Assembly (NCBI GenBank): GCA_964036045.1
Contig: OZ038378.1
Coordinates: 184,636,001-184,700,000, forward strand
DNA: 64,000 bases
Source: Eutreptiella sp. 'Long Island Sound 2002'
Lineage: Eukaryota > Protista > Euglenida
Direction: 5' to 3'
Under the pieces are notes generated by a model that saw only the letters and a program-made list of their open reading frames with translations, did no database searches and had not been told where the DNA came from. Position numbers and translations under genes: made by a program. This document shows, piece after piece, positions 1-52,029 of this stretch (positions are counted from its first letter, which is position 1; every line of letters starts with the position of its first letter).

Positions 1-339
1 GTTGCAAACACAGCGCCACTGCTTTTCCACTCAGGTATAGGCCAACTCTGACAACCCTCTGCTTGGTGATGATATTGATGATGGTATTAATATTTGGTCC
101 AACATGTTTTTCATCCATTATTGAGTTCTCCTGAAAAGTCTGAGTATTTTGAGCATAGACACATGGGGTGAAAAACCATTTTTTCACCCTCTGCCGCATC
201 AAGAAAATTTTCTTATGGCGCCTTTGGCGTCGACGGTTGGGGACTTCCCTGGGCTCTGCTTGCGAAACAAATTTCTGAACAAGTGCACTACCTTTTTTTG
301 GGGGGTACCCCTGTAGGGGGGGGGGGGGGGGGCACCGGC

Positions 340-1030
340 CCCCTGTACGTACCATGTTCACTGAAATGTGTCCAAAAAGCATGGGGGATTTTCGGCGTCC
401 CACATCTGCTAGCTCATCCGCTTTGTGGTTCCCTTGAATGCCAACGTGGGACGGCACTTGTAGCCAATGGACTTTGTGCCCACAGACCTCCAAAAGTGTC
501 AAAATTTCCTCCCACAAATCCACGTGACTCACTAGCCCATTAGACCCCACCCACCAATGCCATTTCTATTTCTATTTCCATTTCTATTTCTGTGCTTTTC
601 CTAGCGCCCCATCCACCACCAGCAAAGAGTCCGGGCATATGAGTGTCTGCTTGCCTGGTGTTTCCCCCTGCAATGCCCCCAAAGCCGCTCAGAGCTCTCC
701 TCGATTGTTACTTTGCCTTTCATGTACCAGTATGGACTCCGCCGTGTCTCGGTCATCGCCAAAGAATACACCGTATCCCCCCACTTGACCTGCGGGGTGG
801 GTTTCAAATAACCCACCTAGAAAATTATTTCCCATCTTGCCTGCAAATACCTTGCAATGAAGCGCTCATAGTACTCGCACGGTTCCTTTTTATGGAGTTC
901 CTTTTCTTTTGTCATTTGCTAAGCTTTCACCAAGGTTGGTGGCATTTGATCTTGGGCCTCCATCGCCCTTGGGTGTCTCAGGCACTCCCCGGGGCCCAAT
1001 GCTTCAAATGCCTGGATCATTGATTGTGTT
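340..1030 (-). mobile_element. Decayed RNase H domain, probably the 3' end of a non-LTR retrotransposon
   Basis: Minus-strand translation across frameshifts gives GGYGVFFGDDRDTAESILVHERQSNNRGEL*AALGAL...DSLLVVDG...VSHVDLWEEIL...VHWLQVPSHVGIQGNHKADELADVG, which are classic RNase HI motifs, with in-frame stops. Confidence 0.8.
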
Positions 1031-1289
1031 TCCATTCACGGGAAAGGGGGATTCGGATGTTTCAACCAACCCACCAGTACCTCCAAACATAGCTTCAAGA
1101 AATGGTTCCATTGGGTGGTGGGGGGGGGGGGGGCATGTAGTCGGAAGTTATGGGTTGTTTGGAGCCGCCAGCGGGCCCTCACTACTGCCCAATACATTAG
1201 CCATAGGGCGGAGGACACAGATAATGCCGCTTGCTCCCAAAGGATCTCCTGTGGGTCCTCTGCCGTTCCCTCATCCAGGTGAAGGGAGG

Positions 1290-1690
1290 GGGGGGGGGGG
1301 GGGCAGCATGATACCTTGTTGTGTTGCTGTCTGCAGGTAGCACCTATTGGCCTCTTGCCACTTACCGCTGCCCATCCCTTGAACCCTTTGCGTCCATTGG
1401 TGGTGGGGCCCATCAACCTCTCACCACCTTGTGCCCTCCCTCTCCCTCCTTTGCCTATCTTGACCTCTCTGCCTATCCATCCTTCCCCTTGGCAGGTTGT
1501 GCCAATGGAGCCCCCGGACTGTCCCTGTTTGATTGGCTTTGTGTCGGGTCCACACAGAGGAGGGCAACTACCCTAGCCATTGGCCAGGTGTGTCGAAGTA
1601 CCCACCCCACACCGGCGCTGGAGGAACCCTCTCTCAGCGGTGGTATTTGGGCCCTGGGGTGTCCGCTTGTGGGATACCTTCCCTGACAGG
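1290..1690 (-). repeat. Dispersed repeat, copy 1 (reads MMGPTTNGRKGFKG...GATCRQQH)
   Basis: Homologous in opposite orientation to 18900-19350, ending at a C/G homopolymer. Confidence 0.7.
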
Positions 1691-4334
1691 GGCGCTTAAC
1701 AACCTTCGCCATTCCCTTTCTCGCGCTCAGTGTGTTGTGCCTCTAGCACCCGTCGCAGCACTAGGGCCACTCAGGGTGATGGATGGGGATTGGTGTTGTA
1801 GTGGGAGCTGCGGGCTGGGCCGGGCCATGCAGGGCGGGGCGGGGGGTTCCCCCCTGCGTTGGTTAGCACAAGTGGTCCTTCCTTTTCGCCTGTCTCCCAA
1901 CCCTGCTCAGCCTTGTCCAGCCCTACCGACGCACACACAAGGCTGGTAGACCGTCCCTTTGCCTTGCGTTGGTGCACACAGGGGCAGGCAAACCGTCCCC
2001 TCACCCGGTGCTTGCACGGGAGGGCAAATGAGGTGCTCTCCTAGCCTTAAAGTGGTCTTTTCTTCTCTCTTGCCCCACGGCCAACCTAGCCTTGCCCTAA
2101 TGTGCACAAGAGTAGGTATATAGCCCCTCTGCCCTATGCTTGGGCGTACAGGGGTGGGAAGACTGTCCTATTGCCGTGTGTGTGAGTGTGCCGGGGTCGT
2201 GGTTTTTGGTTTCCAGATATGCAACCCCCTACCAAGGTCTTGCACTAGTATTCCCATGAGTGTGCCGCACACACGGTGCACATGGTGTGCACCGTGCACT
2301 GAGCATGCGTATGTTGCTGCAATCATGAGCCCCATGTGCATGTGGCATCGCAACTCATCATGTCACTCTGTTTCAAGACCTAGGGCTGATTTCTTCATGG
2401 TGTGCAACCCAAGATATTCGTGGCTCAAGCTGGGTGTGCACCTTTGCCCTCTACCGCGCCGTGGTTTAGGTTTGTCCTCGCACTGCCCCAACCCCGGCCT
2501 TTATTCCGGCCCTCCCCTAGCTCCGGCCTGGTTCCAGCCGTGGTCTCAGCATCTCAGCCTGGGCTCCGGGCGTGGCTTTGGTTGTTGCCTTGGCTCCAGC
2601 TCTAGCTCTGCCTTGGCTCTAACCGTGACTCAACCTAGGCTGGGTGCAAGGAAGCCAAGAGGCTAGAGCCCTGTTTTGGCTCTGGCCCTTGCTCCACCTC
2701 CAAACACAGCCCTAGCCCTGTCCTATCCGTGGCTCTAGCCGCTGCCCCTGCTCCAACTAAGTCCTCTCTAGGGTGCTGCCTTTGGACGGAGGGGGTGAGG
2801 TATGAGGCTGTCTTCCTCGCCGATGTAGGGGAGTGCGGTTAGAAGCCAGTCACCCTCTCCAAAGGCAGTTAGGACCACTTGCGCCAACTAGCGCAAGGGC
2901 TAGCTCGCCGTCCCCCCGTGCACGTGCCATTTTTTGGTAGGGGAAAATTTTTCCACCTCTGCACGCACTAGCACAGGGCACGAGCAAAGTCTCCCGACCC
3001 CCGTGCACACAAGCACAGGGCATAGGGAGGTGTGCCTACCTTGTGCATGCCCGCACTGGGCGGAGGGGCTGTTTCCCCTCCCATGCATGTGGCGGAGGGG
3101 GCTGTATTCCTTGCCATGTGTGCATTATGCTAGCCCCTAACCACCGCAAGGGCTAGCTCCCCCTCCCTTGCGCACACCAACACTAGGTAAAAGTGTGGTT
3201 TCCTTGCCCATACTTGCTGCTTGTTGCTACTTGCTCCCATTTGTTCTTGCCGACTCACACTTGCCCACGGATATGTGCTACTCAGACTTGCTCACACCTG
3301 CTCATGCTTGGCCATATTGACCCCAAATGAAGAGGCAGAACACCTAATGAGGTTGTGACGCCTTGTCAAGGGAACAATGTAGGTTAATGGTATGTTGTCC
3401 ACCCTGCTTACCTGCAAACTCACGTTTAATCCCAGCCTTTTTTGGTTGCTCAAAACTTGGTGCAAAGTATTCATACATGCTCATTTGTGCTCACACTTCC
3501 TTGTTCTTGCCCCTGCTCTGGACTTGCTCACACTCGTTGATGCAAACTGATCATAGTCACTCATGCCTGTTCATATTTGCCTCCACATAGGCATGTGCGC
3601 ATGCCACGCAATGTGGCTGTTGGGCAGGGGAGGACCGGGTGGGATGGACACTTGGGTATGATGGTGTGCGTGCTTTGCACATTAATGCACTGGTACTTGC
3701 AGGGAGTCACCTTGGTGGTGGGCATCCATAAAGTTGTTGTCCGTGGGCACATCACGGTGGATGAGGGGGGAGGAGAGGAGGTTGTGAAGGATTATGTGCT
3801 TTGCTGTGTGCATTGGGGTAACGTGTTGGGTGGGGCCGGCAATTTGAAACTTTGTGCATTTTCCGGTGGAAAAGAAAAACGATTGCAAAGGGAAGTAGAA
3901 ATATAGATCATCCCACGACATGGATGATATTGGGGCCGGTCTTGATGGAGGGTGCAGCCCTGTGTTCAGTGCAGCATTGGTTGTACGCAGGTTGTGGCCC
4001 CTAGTGCCCAACAAATAGTGTGCCTATTGTCTCCGGAAAATGAGACACCGTTGTGGGCCCTTGGTTGTACATCTCAATGTCAAAATCATATATGTTTGGT
4101 TGATCGTTGTGTCCACGATGAGTGGACCTAGATAAGAACTTTAAAGTCAGTAGAGGTGGGTGCTCACCAAAATTTGCGGGGGTTTTGAATCATCAGGCGA
4201 GAGGGCAAGGGGCAGATGGGTGAACCACAAAGGCACCAAGGCAAACCAGCCAAAACATCCGGGGTCAAGTACCACCCGGTGTCTAGGTGTCTGAGGGGAA
4301 ACATTGCTTTGTGCATGACATTGCATGCACCAAC

Positions 4335-4398
4335 GGCTGGCGATTGACCTCCATCCATTCAGTGGCAGCCCAACGCCGTCAAGTACATCCCGAAGCTC
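4335..4398 (-). CDS. PTB: PTB-like protein, candidate exon 5 (start of RRM4: ELRDVLDGVGLPLNGWRSIAS)
   Basis: Continues PPHFDDQ in a way that aligns with PTB PPSVSEEDLKVLF. The acceptor context is purine-rich and the boundaries are uncertain. Confidence 0.35.
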
Positions 4399-4748
4399 TC
4401 TTCGGCCCTCTCTTATCGGTTTGGCCCGGGGCAGCATGACACAGCCCATGACACACCTTTGTAAAATCCTTGTTTTGATAAAAATTTCCATTGATGAATC
4501 GTTGCCCCGGCCCCCTCCCTTTCCGCCCCTGAAACCCGGCTTTTGAGGAGGGTCAAAAATGACCACCGGCACTTAGTCCAAGTGCCCTTGAAATGTGTAC
4601 ATAGGTGTCAAGGTCCTGTGTCAACAAGGGTCTTGGTACTATAGGTACTATAGGTGCTGTTCCGTGATTGCATGTGCTGAGGGTGGTCGTGTGTGTGTGG
4701 TGGGGGGGTTGCCACAGTATCACAACGTGTTGGCATATTGTCGAATAC

Positions 4749-4991
4749 CTGGTCATCAAAATGTGGTGGCACATTCGAGACATGCAACGTCTCACATGGG
4801 GGCCGAATGTACTGAAATTGACGGCTGTTGTCGTCCTTGAAGCGATGCATCTGGCTTCTTCGGTATTCTCTCGAGAGCCCAGAATCCTCGAAATCCGGGT
4901 TGTTCGCGGAGTTGGCAATGGTGATATATTGCTTGGATGATGGGACAATGTGCAATTCACGGCCATGCATGGGGCAGCCTTGCAGCATGTC
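4749..4991 (-). CDS. PTB: PTB/hnRNP-L-like protein exon 4 (end of RRM3, linker, start of RRM4)
   Basis: TAG|DMLQGCPMHGRELHIVPS...SQMHRFKDDNSRQFQYIRPPCETLHVSNVPPHFDDQ|GTATTC, matching PTB [28 protein letters not shown]. 243 nt, phase 0/0. Confidence 0.9.
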
Positions 4992-5985
4992 CTATAAATG
5001 GTAAGAGTGTGTATCATCCCTCCCCTTATCTTGGAACTACTTTTGCTAGGCTCCAACGGCAACAAAGACAATGGTAATGCTCACACTCTCTTGCCGGACA
5101 CACGCTTTGCTTGATAGCTCTCAATCCACCACATTTGATCTTGTAGGGGAGGTGCATGCAAGGAACCCCTTGCCTCCTCCCAATGCTGCATCAGAAAGTG
5201 ATCCCATTTCCCCCTCTCTGGTGCCACTGTATGCGCAATTTGTACTGTTATGGTGCATTTCCTGGGCCCTGTTGCATTTTCATATTGGTGGTGGTTCTAC
5301 ATGGGGCTAAAAAGCCAAATACCCGAAGACTATGCTTCCCCCAATTTTGCCCTCCCGCAACCGTGGGTTTCAAAGTGCAAAGGGTCACGTGGTATGGAAT
5401 TGATACAAGACCTTGGTGCAAATACCCGTGTTTACAGGGCCCGTCGTTTGCCACCTCGATTATGGGTAGTGGGAATATATTTCCCTTCAACTATGTGTTT
5501 GCACGCTGGCAATGGATTACACACCGGCTAATCTCCACGCATGTTGGTGGTGCCTTTTTTGGCACCAAAAGTTAGCGGAGAAACGTTGGATTGCTTTTTT
5601 TATTGGACCTCCTTGATCTTTGCCTTCATGGCTGTTTCTAGGAGTTGGTGTATTTCCTATTGTCACCACACGCAACATTTGTTCAGGCCTATCACAACTT
5701 TGTTGTCCCACCCCTATGTCCGTGCTAGATGGTATACGTGGGTGGACCTTCCACAAACCAGTCCCAAACCTGAGGCGACAACTCGTTAGTTGGGCTTGCA
5801 CGCGAGCAAAACTCAACGCATGCCAACAGACTATGTGACACAAACGTGACGACATGTGCCCACGGAGGAAAACTGTGTGTGGCCGCTACAAGGCCCAAAG
5901 GTGGGCCATTTGGCATTCCGTATGTACACTTGCATGACACATCAGGCATGATTGAAATGCATGTTACACCTTAAGCCCAACAAAC

Positions 5986-6370
5986 CTTGGCACACTTCGC
6001 TTGCGCAGGGTTACGGAACTCCAAAAGGGCCGAATCCCGCTTGTTGAACAAGATTTTGACCTTCATGACATCACCGCATGTCCCAAACAAGTTGAACAAC
6101 TCGTCCGGCTTCACCCGTTCGTCGAGATGGTTGACCAAGAGCACATTACCCCCACCGGAAGGATCAACTACTCCTCCCGTAAGCCTATCATAGGCTTGTG
6201 TTCCAGGGTACGCAATTTGGGTTTGCATCGTGGAAGCGGAAGTAGATTGACTTGGCACGGCGGCCTCGGGCGAATTTTCATCGAAGGGATGCAGGGTGAA
6301 GTCGCGAGAGCACGTCGGGTCCGTACAATCCAAAGATGACAACTTTGCAAACGCAATTGCCATTTTACAA
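5986..6370 (-). CDS. PTB: PTB/hnRNP-L-like protein exon 3 (end of RRM2, RRM3)
   Basis: CAG|...CKMAIAFAKLSSL...GNVLLVNHLDERVKPDELFNLFGTCGDVMKVKILFNKRDSALLEF...AKCAK|GTTTGT. 385 nt, phase 2/0. Confidence 0.92.
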
Positions 6371-6837
6371 CTGCACGCCGTAGAGAGGGTTGCGGGTGAG
6401 GCAGATGGCAAACGAAATGCCACACAACACACACAAATTCCGTGTGACAACTGTGTACGCGCACGCTGGACAGTTTGGTTATCACGCTCAACAAACCGAC
6501 TCGAGAGACCACAAAACAACCGAGCAAAGTATCTCACCCAACACCCCCAACCGTCGTCATGTGGACCTCCACGGCACAACCAAAGTGTCACGAGGACCCT
6601 TCGAAAATAATTAGACCCTGAAATCAAAAGGTCTGATAAAGCCTCACTATCTTTTGGTGTGCACATTCATTTGGCGGCCCCCTTATGCTATAGCATGGGG
6701 CAGGTTGAGGAGGTAGTGGGTTGTATTTGCATTGTCGGGATGCCCCATGCCTCCATAACGTTTTGGTGGCCTGCGTTCCCCACTCCTTGACTCGTTGAAC
6801 TACCTCTTGCATGGAGGAACGCATGGTCAATCAACAC

Positions 6838-7115
6838 CTTGAAGCATAAATATGCTTGTTGTTAAATTGCGCTTTGGCCTCTGCAGCTTGCATCACGTCC
6901 TCCATTTCTACGAAGCCTTGCAATTGGACGCTCTTGTTTTGCAAAACTACTTTGCGAACGCTTCCAACCCGCGAGAACACACGATACAAGGTGTTGCAAT
7001 CCACGGGATGAATTAGCAATGTAATGATGATGAACAAAATGCGGTTCGGGGCGGTTTCGTTGAGCTCACGGGTGAAAGAGATACATTGTCGATCGGAATA
7101 CGCGACGGACACAAC
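6838..7115 (-). CDS. PTB: PTB/hnRNP-L-like protein exon 2 (RRM2)
   Basis: TAG|VVSVAYSDRQ...PNRILFIIITLLIHPVDCNTLYRVFSRVGSVRKVV...QGFVEM...KHIYAS|GTGTTG. 278 nt, phase 0/2. Confidence 0.92.
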
Positions 7116-7192
7116 CTATTGACCAATGGAGGAGTGAAAGGCTTGTGCATGCCCTACAATCGTAAAAGCCACGCAATCAATGATGTACATAC

Positions 7193-7483
7193 TTGTCCTC
7201 GAATCATGCATGCTCCATGGTACGTATCTACGAATCTCATGGCCGAATCTAAGTGCTCGAACTCTACGAAGGCTTGCATTTTGGCATCCAACTTGAGAAT
7301 ATTCACCAAAGTTCCAAATTGACCACAAACTTCATTGATTTCGCTGTCGGTTGCCGCCGGTGGAAGGTTACGGAGGTAGATTACTTTGCTTGGGGTTTGA
7401 CCCCGTTGCCTCTTTGCAGGGGCAGGTTCCGCACCTATCTCCGCGGATGATCTTTTTAACGAATGAGAATCAACGTAGCTCAT
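7193..7483 (-). CDS. PTB: PTB/hnRNP-L-like protein exon 1 (RRM1)
   Basis: ATG at 7483: MSYVDSH...PSKVIYLRNLP...FGTLVNILKLDAKMQAFVEF...CMIRGQ|GTATGT. 291 nt, followed by a 77-nt GT-AG intron. Confidence 0.92.
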
Positions 7484-7528
7484 GATATGACGACGATCAA
7501 CGAGACCCACAGTAGGCGAACAAGACGA

Positions 7529-7546
7529 CTTGCGGGAAGAAAGTAC
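7529..7546 (-). promoter_or_regulatory. Candidate SL trans-splice acceptor for PTB
   Basis: Pyrimidine tract plus AG (ACTTTCTTCCCGCAAG) about 45 nt upstream of the ATG. Euglenids trans-splice a leader; the exact site is inferred. Confidence 0.35.
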
Positions 7547-8744
7547 GAGGTATGTTATTCCATTTTACACATGTACATGAAACACGGACCACAACGATGC
7601 GGCGTGATAGCAAGCCGAAAAAAAAAGCCCCCCCCCAAATCCTTTTGTACTTGCTTACCACAATCTCCGGGGACTACGATCCGGGTTGGTGGAACCCCCC
7701 CCCCCCCCCAATGGACCGACGGATCGGACATGGAGGTGAACCCCCTCCCTCCCCGTGCCTACCTTGAGCCAAAAAATCCACCGCAAAGCGCGGCGCCAAC
7801 CTCATACCCCCAACCTCACCAAGTCTTCCGTCAATCTTTCCATGTGAAGCCACAATGGGCATGGATGTGCCGGAGTCTTCCAAAATAGATGGAAGAGGGT
7901 GAACCTACCAAGCGGTATTGAGCATCAGTAGCGCTAAATGAAATGAAGTTGTGCATTGAAAAGAAATTGCACCTAGCAACGTTCCCAACGTACCATAAAG
8001 AACAATGAAGTTGCAATGGCTTTCTGCACTTTTAATCCATACGAGACAAATAAATCTCAAGAAAGCACTTCATCCAAAAGAACCAAGAAATAATGTGCAT
8101 ATGTGTGAAAATAATGCGTCCCCGTGCGCAACAAGCCATGCGCAAGAAATGCCACAACATTCTTGATCTAATGAAGCATGTTCTTAAGAATGCAGAACAA
8201 AAGTCTTGATGCATACAACAATAATGAAGCAAAGATTAAAGTTCTTCTTCCGAAAAAAAAAATAGCCATTGTCCACATCCACATCAACTTGCGGAAATCC
8301 AAAATGAATCAAAGTGAATCGGGCACGTTTTTAAAATGAATCGGGTGGGTCGGGGTGCCCCCCCCCCCCCCGTCCCCCAAGATGGACCGCATCATGGATG
8401 GGGGACGTCCCCCCCCCCGCGCGCCTAGTCCCCGAGACCTCAAGCGAAAATAATCAATAAATAATAGTTGCATGTCGAGAGTTAAGAAACAAATGAAGAG
8501 GTTGTAACAACGGGTGTCCCGCCACGTCAAGTATGCACATGAACGTATCGTACAAGGCCACGCGTCTCACTGTGTGGCTGGTTGATTACGTACGGAGAAT
8601 TTGCTCAGAAAAATAACGCGATCGTAACAACATGTGGAGGAAAGAATAGGAACTAAGATTTGTACAAAGTGGTCCACGAATGGCCCTCAAATTAGTGAGT
8701 GGAGACACATATGGCGACCAAAAGGACATTCATTAAAAGTGATA

Positions 8745-9215
8745 ATGCAATGATCGCGAAATACTATACCTCGTTCGGTTCAACCGGCAAATGGGAAATG
8801 CAACATGGGGAATATTCCCCGAAGTGAGCATGCAATTGGAAGCGGAGAAGGAGCAAGGAGCACATGACGGGTCTGGACATGGTCCTAGGCTGCTAGTGGT
8901 GGCTTTTTTGTTGCACTCCAAGACTAGAAAAATCATTCCTCTTCAGCCTTAAGTAAAGCAAAACTTTCACCCACAGTCGACGCACCGCTGAGGCAAAGAA
9001 TCCCTTTCCCGCACACCTTTCAACAAGGATGAAGCATGCATTAGAGGAATGACGCGAAAATCTCCAACCCCTCACCACTTTGGCCCTGGGTTTGTAGGTC
9101 CAAATCCGTCATGTGCTCCTTGCTCGCCTTCTCCTTCTCCTTGCATACCCACTCATAAAATAATACCCATGTCGCATTTTCCATTTCGGTGCTGAGGTAA
9201 TGATTGTGTATTGCT
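8745..9215. repeat. Imperfect foldback inverted repeat (arms about 8789-8875 and 9100-9186)
   Basis: GAGCAAGGAGCACATGACGG in the left arm and its exact reverse complement in the right arm; similarity extends about 90 bp around a spacer of about 220 bp. Confidence 0.8.
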
Positions 9216-9217
9216 AA

Positions 9218-9235
9218 CTAACCCTAACCCTAACC
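9218..9235. repeat. Short interstitial telomere-type (CCCTAA)n tract; a second lies at 11857-11872
   Basis: CTAACCCTAACCCTAACC read directly. Confidence 0.7.
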
Positions 9236-9322
9236 TAGTGTTCGATGTTTTGTGCGACCTGGTGCGACTGCGACAGACAGTGACACTTTGAACGACCGTT
9301 CCAGATACAGCACAGTAGAATT

Positions 9323-10068
9323 ACTGTAAAAAGTCCAATACCAGCGGCAATGTCCCAGAAAAAAGTCTCATAATGGCCTTTATAATGTCCTGAGACTTAC
9401 TATTCTGAAGCTTTGGGACAAGTCTACTAATGTCCCAAAGCATTTCTGGAATTGGTGCATCAGCAAGGCGAGTACCCTAGCCCAGCGCGCCGGGCTACGG
9501 CTTGGCACAAGCTGGCTCGATTCCCGCAGTTGCACGGGAAGGAAGATGGGTAGATGAGGTTTTTGCGCGCCGAGCCGTCGGCGACCAAAGTTTTTGGCAC
9601 TAGCGTTTTCCGCCCCATCGTTTGTTCCTTGGTTGCCTTGTCGATGGTTCGTTCTTTCGTTCATTGGTTGAAAATTTAAGACCGATTGCATCGCATCCGA
9701 GTCGCAATTTGCAGAATTTGTGTTTTGGATGTTTGTAATTAGATTCAATTGGGAATGCTATTTGTCATTTTCGTTTCTTCCACGTCAACAAGGGGGGGGG
9801 GGGACGGGTGCAACGCACTCGGAAGAAAATTTTTCTACGTTTGAAAACAGGGGCAGGGGCAGGGGACCTGCGCGCAAAGCGCCTGGAGAAAAATTTTCCA
9901 CAAAGTCGGATAATGTGTCCATGGAAAAAGTCTCATAATCTCCAGAATGGTTCCAAACGGTGCCCAAAGAGGAAAGTCTTGTAAGGTCCCAAATGGGTGG
10001 CCCCGAAGTCTCATAATATCCCGAATGGCTTGATTTTGTCCGGGACATTATTGGGCATTTTACAGGAT
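9323..10068. mobile_element. Possible decayed DNA-transposon derivative with subterminal repeats
   Basis: CTGTAAAA...CCAATA...ATGTCCC at the left end recurs inverted near 10040-10068. AAGTCTCATAAT occurs at about 9362, 9927 and 10006. Confidence 0.4.
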
Positions 10069-10458
10069 GGTGGAGGGGGGTTCAGAGTTGTTGCACAGAT
10101 GGTAGGTGGTTGTAGAGGTAATATGGGGATTTTTAGGTTTGTAGAATTTGTACAGGATTCAGCTTTGTCCCTCTGCTTCGTCTTCTCCTCTTCCCCTTGC
10201 TTGTTCGCTTGGGGAGTACCCTCGGCCTGGTGAAGGCTGCAGGCATCAATTTTTTTGAGGCATCACCTCTTCATTCCCTTTTGGCCGGTTGAAGTTCCGT
10301 TATGTACGGCAATTGTGGATTGTTTTCGCATTGATAGCTAGAAAAAACTTTTCAAGAAGAACTTTGTCATCATTTGTTGCTATCAACTTGCATGCCACCA
10401 CCACATCGAGTGTACTTTACATTCTTTTTTCGTTTCAACAAGCCTCATGGATCATCGG

Positions 10459-10461
<3 letters not shown>

Positions 10462-10533
<72 letters not shown>
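10462..10533. repeat. (TA)n microsatellite
   Basis: Direct reading. Confidence 0.98.
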
Positions 10534-10536
<3 letters not shown>

Positions 10537-10949
10537 GAAAGGACATCACTTGGTGCACTTTTGAACAAATTTGTTTGAAGAAGTTTCCATGCATCTTTGG
10601 CCCACTATTCATTCCTTCATCGTTCAAAAACAGTGCAGGTGATTGGGTATTTGGCAACGGGCACCATAGTGTGATGGGAGTGGGTGGGAGGCCCTTAGGG
10701 GTTGGAACCGGGGGGATGGGGCGTTGGCGGCTTGTGGCTTGCCTTGCCTTGGTGTTGATGGGGTGGGTGAGGCGTTGAGGCCTTTTGTCCCGGAATGTGC
10801 ACTGAGGGACACTTTAGAGCACATTAGGAACCAAAGTTGCGAAGTTGGAGTTGTCAAATGACACGTGCATGGTCGTAGGCGGGCCCTTTTCTCGGGAGAA
10901 GAAGAATCATTGTCATGCGTTAAGCAACCACCAACTCACATCATGCGAA

Positions 10950-10971
10950 CTCCCCACTCCTTGTTTCCAAG
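10950..10971 (+). promoter_or_regulatory. Candidate SL trans-splice acceptor for PTEN
   Basis: CTCCCCACTCCTTGTTTCCAAG, 27 nt upstream of the ATG. Confidence 0.35.
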
Positions 10972-10998
10972 GTCCTTTTCAACGTTGACGGTCCCGGA

Positions 10999-50857
<39,859 letters not shown>

Positions 50858-52029
50858 GGTACAGCACATCCACATCCACGCCAAATTTTGCCATTCCAAA
50901 TTTCGCCCATTCCTAATCCTAATCAGAATGGATCCCCATGACGCGCTGATCATTTGGAGGTCGGCACCATGAGGGAAAAAACTTTTCAAAAAAAAATACG
51001 ACTGGGCCGCTCTGCTGCCCGATTTTCAAAAGCAGGCTCTAAGTCAAACATGCCTTCGGTCACATGAGCCCCTTTTCCAACCCCCCCGCCCCCCGCACGT
51101 TGAAGGTTTCACCGGCTTAGCCAAACTACAGCACGCCCATGACCATACACCCACACATCAACCTCAGCACACAACCCACGGCTGTCAAGCGTTCCACAAC
51201 AAAAGTGTACCAAATCTTGCCATCGTATTTCATGGACTGAAGCCATTTTTCTGGGTGTCTTTGTTGGCGCTCTTGGCACATTCCCCTTGTGCCTGCACAG
51301 CTTACTCTACAGGGACCCTTCAGTAGGCCAGTTGGGGGCTACTGCAGCCTGCCTCTTGTCGTTGCACATGATGGTTAGTCCATAATATCAGAGAGAATTC
51401 AGCACCGCATGTTGTGCAGTACGGTGTTGGGGCCGTGATCTGTGGTCCAGTTTCCAAATCTTAGATCATTTTTTTTCAGTCAGTGCCCAATAGTTTATTG
51501 CTAGAAGCTCATGCTGGGGCACACTGGGTTACATTTTTGCCGCTACCCCCAAGGGCAAAGTGTGGTCCATACGCATGTATACTCATGGCTATATTATACG
51601 TCACAGTATACGCACGTATACACGCACATATAATAGTCATAATCAGTAGTCATAAACACTTATCATGCCGCCTACTGGAGTTATCGGGCATCTCACACCG
51701 ACAGGTGGTTCATGCCTTGCTCGATCCCGTGGGTCCCATGGCTGCCCGGGGTGGCCCATAGCTTGACGGAGCACCAAGAGGACTGGGATAACGGCCAGCC
51801 GGGGTTTGGGGGCAGTGGCAACTGCAAGCACTAGCCGCATTAGCAACGGCGACGAGCACTGGCCCGTGGAATCGCCGGGGGTAAGGGGCAAGGCATGGCA
51901 GAGCAGCAGCATAGCAACAAGCAAGCAAACTCCTAGAGGGGTAGCACCGCAGCAAACAAGTAACAATTGCAGCAAGCTTGGGCACAAGACGGGGTAGAAG
52001 AGGGTGAGCTTATTGATTACACCTCCACG

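Noticed and set aside
3600-4014. Minus-strand ORF 3682-4014 as an APE endonuclease remnant (WDDLY...GPT...KHIILHNLLSS)
   Set aside because: Only a loose resemblance; the diagnostic GDFN and SDH motifs are not visible, so it is not reported as a feature.
4168-4290. 123-nt segment with good splice sites as a PTB exon
   Set aside because: None of the three frames resembles RRM4, and the phase-1 frame hits a stop.
7116-7153. Internal AG at 7154 as the PTB exon 2 acceptor
   Set aside because: It gives GMHKPFTPPL, which does not fit the RRM; the acceptor at 7116 gives the expected VSVAYSDRQ.
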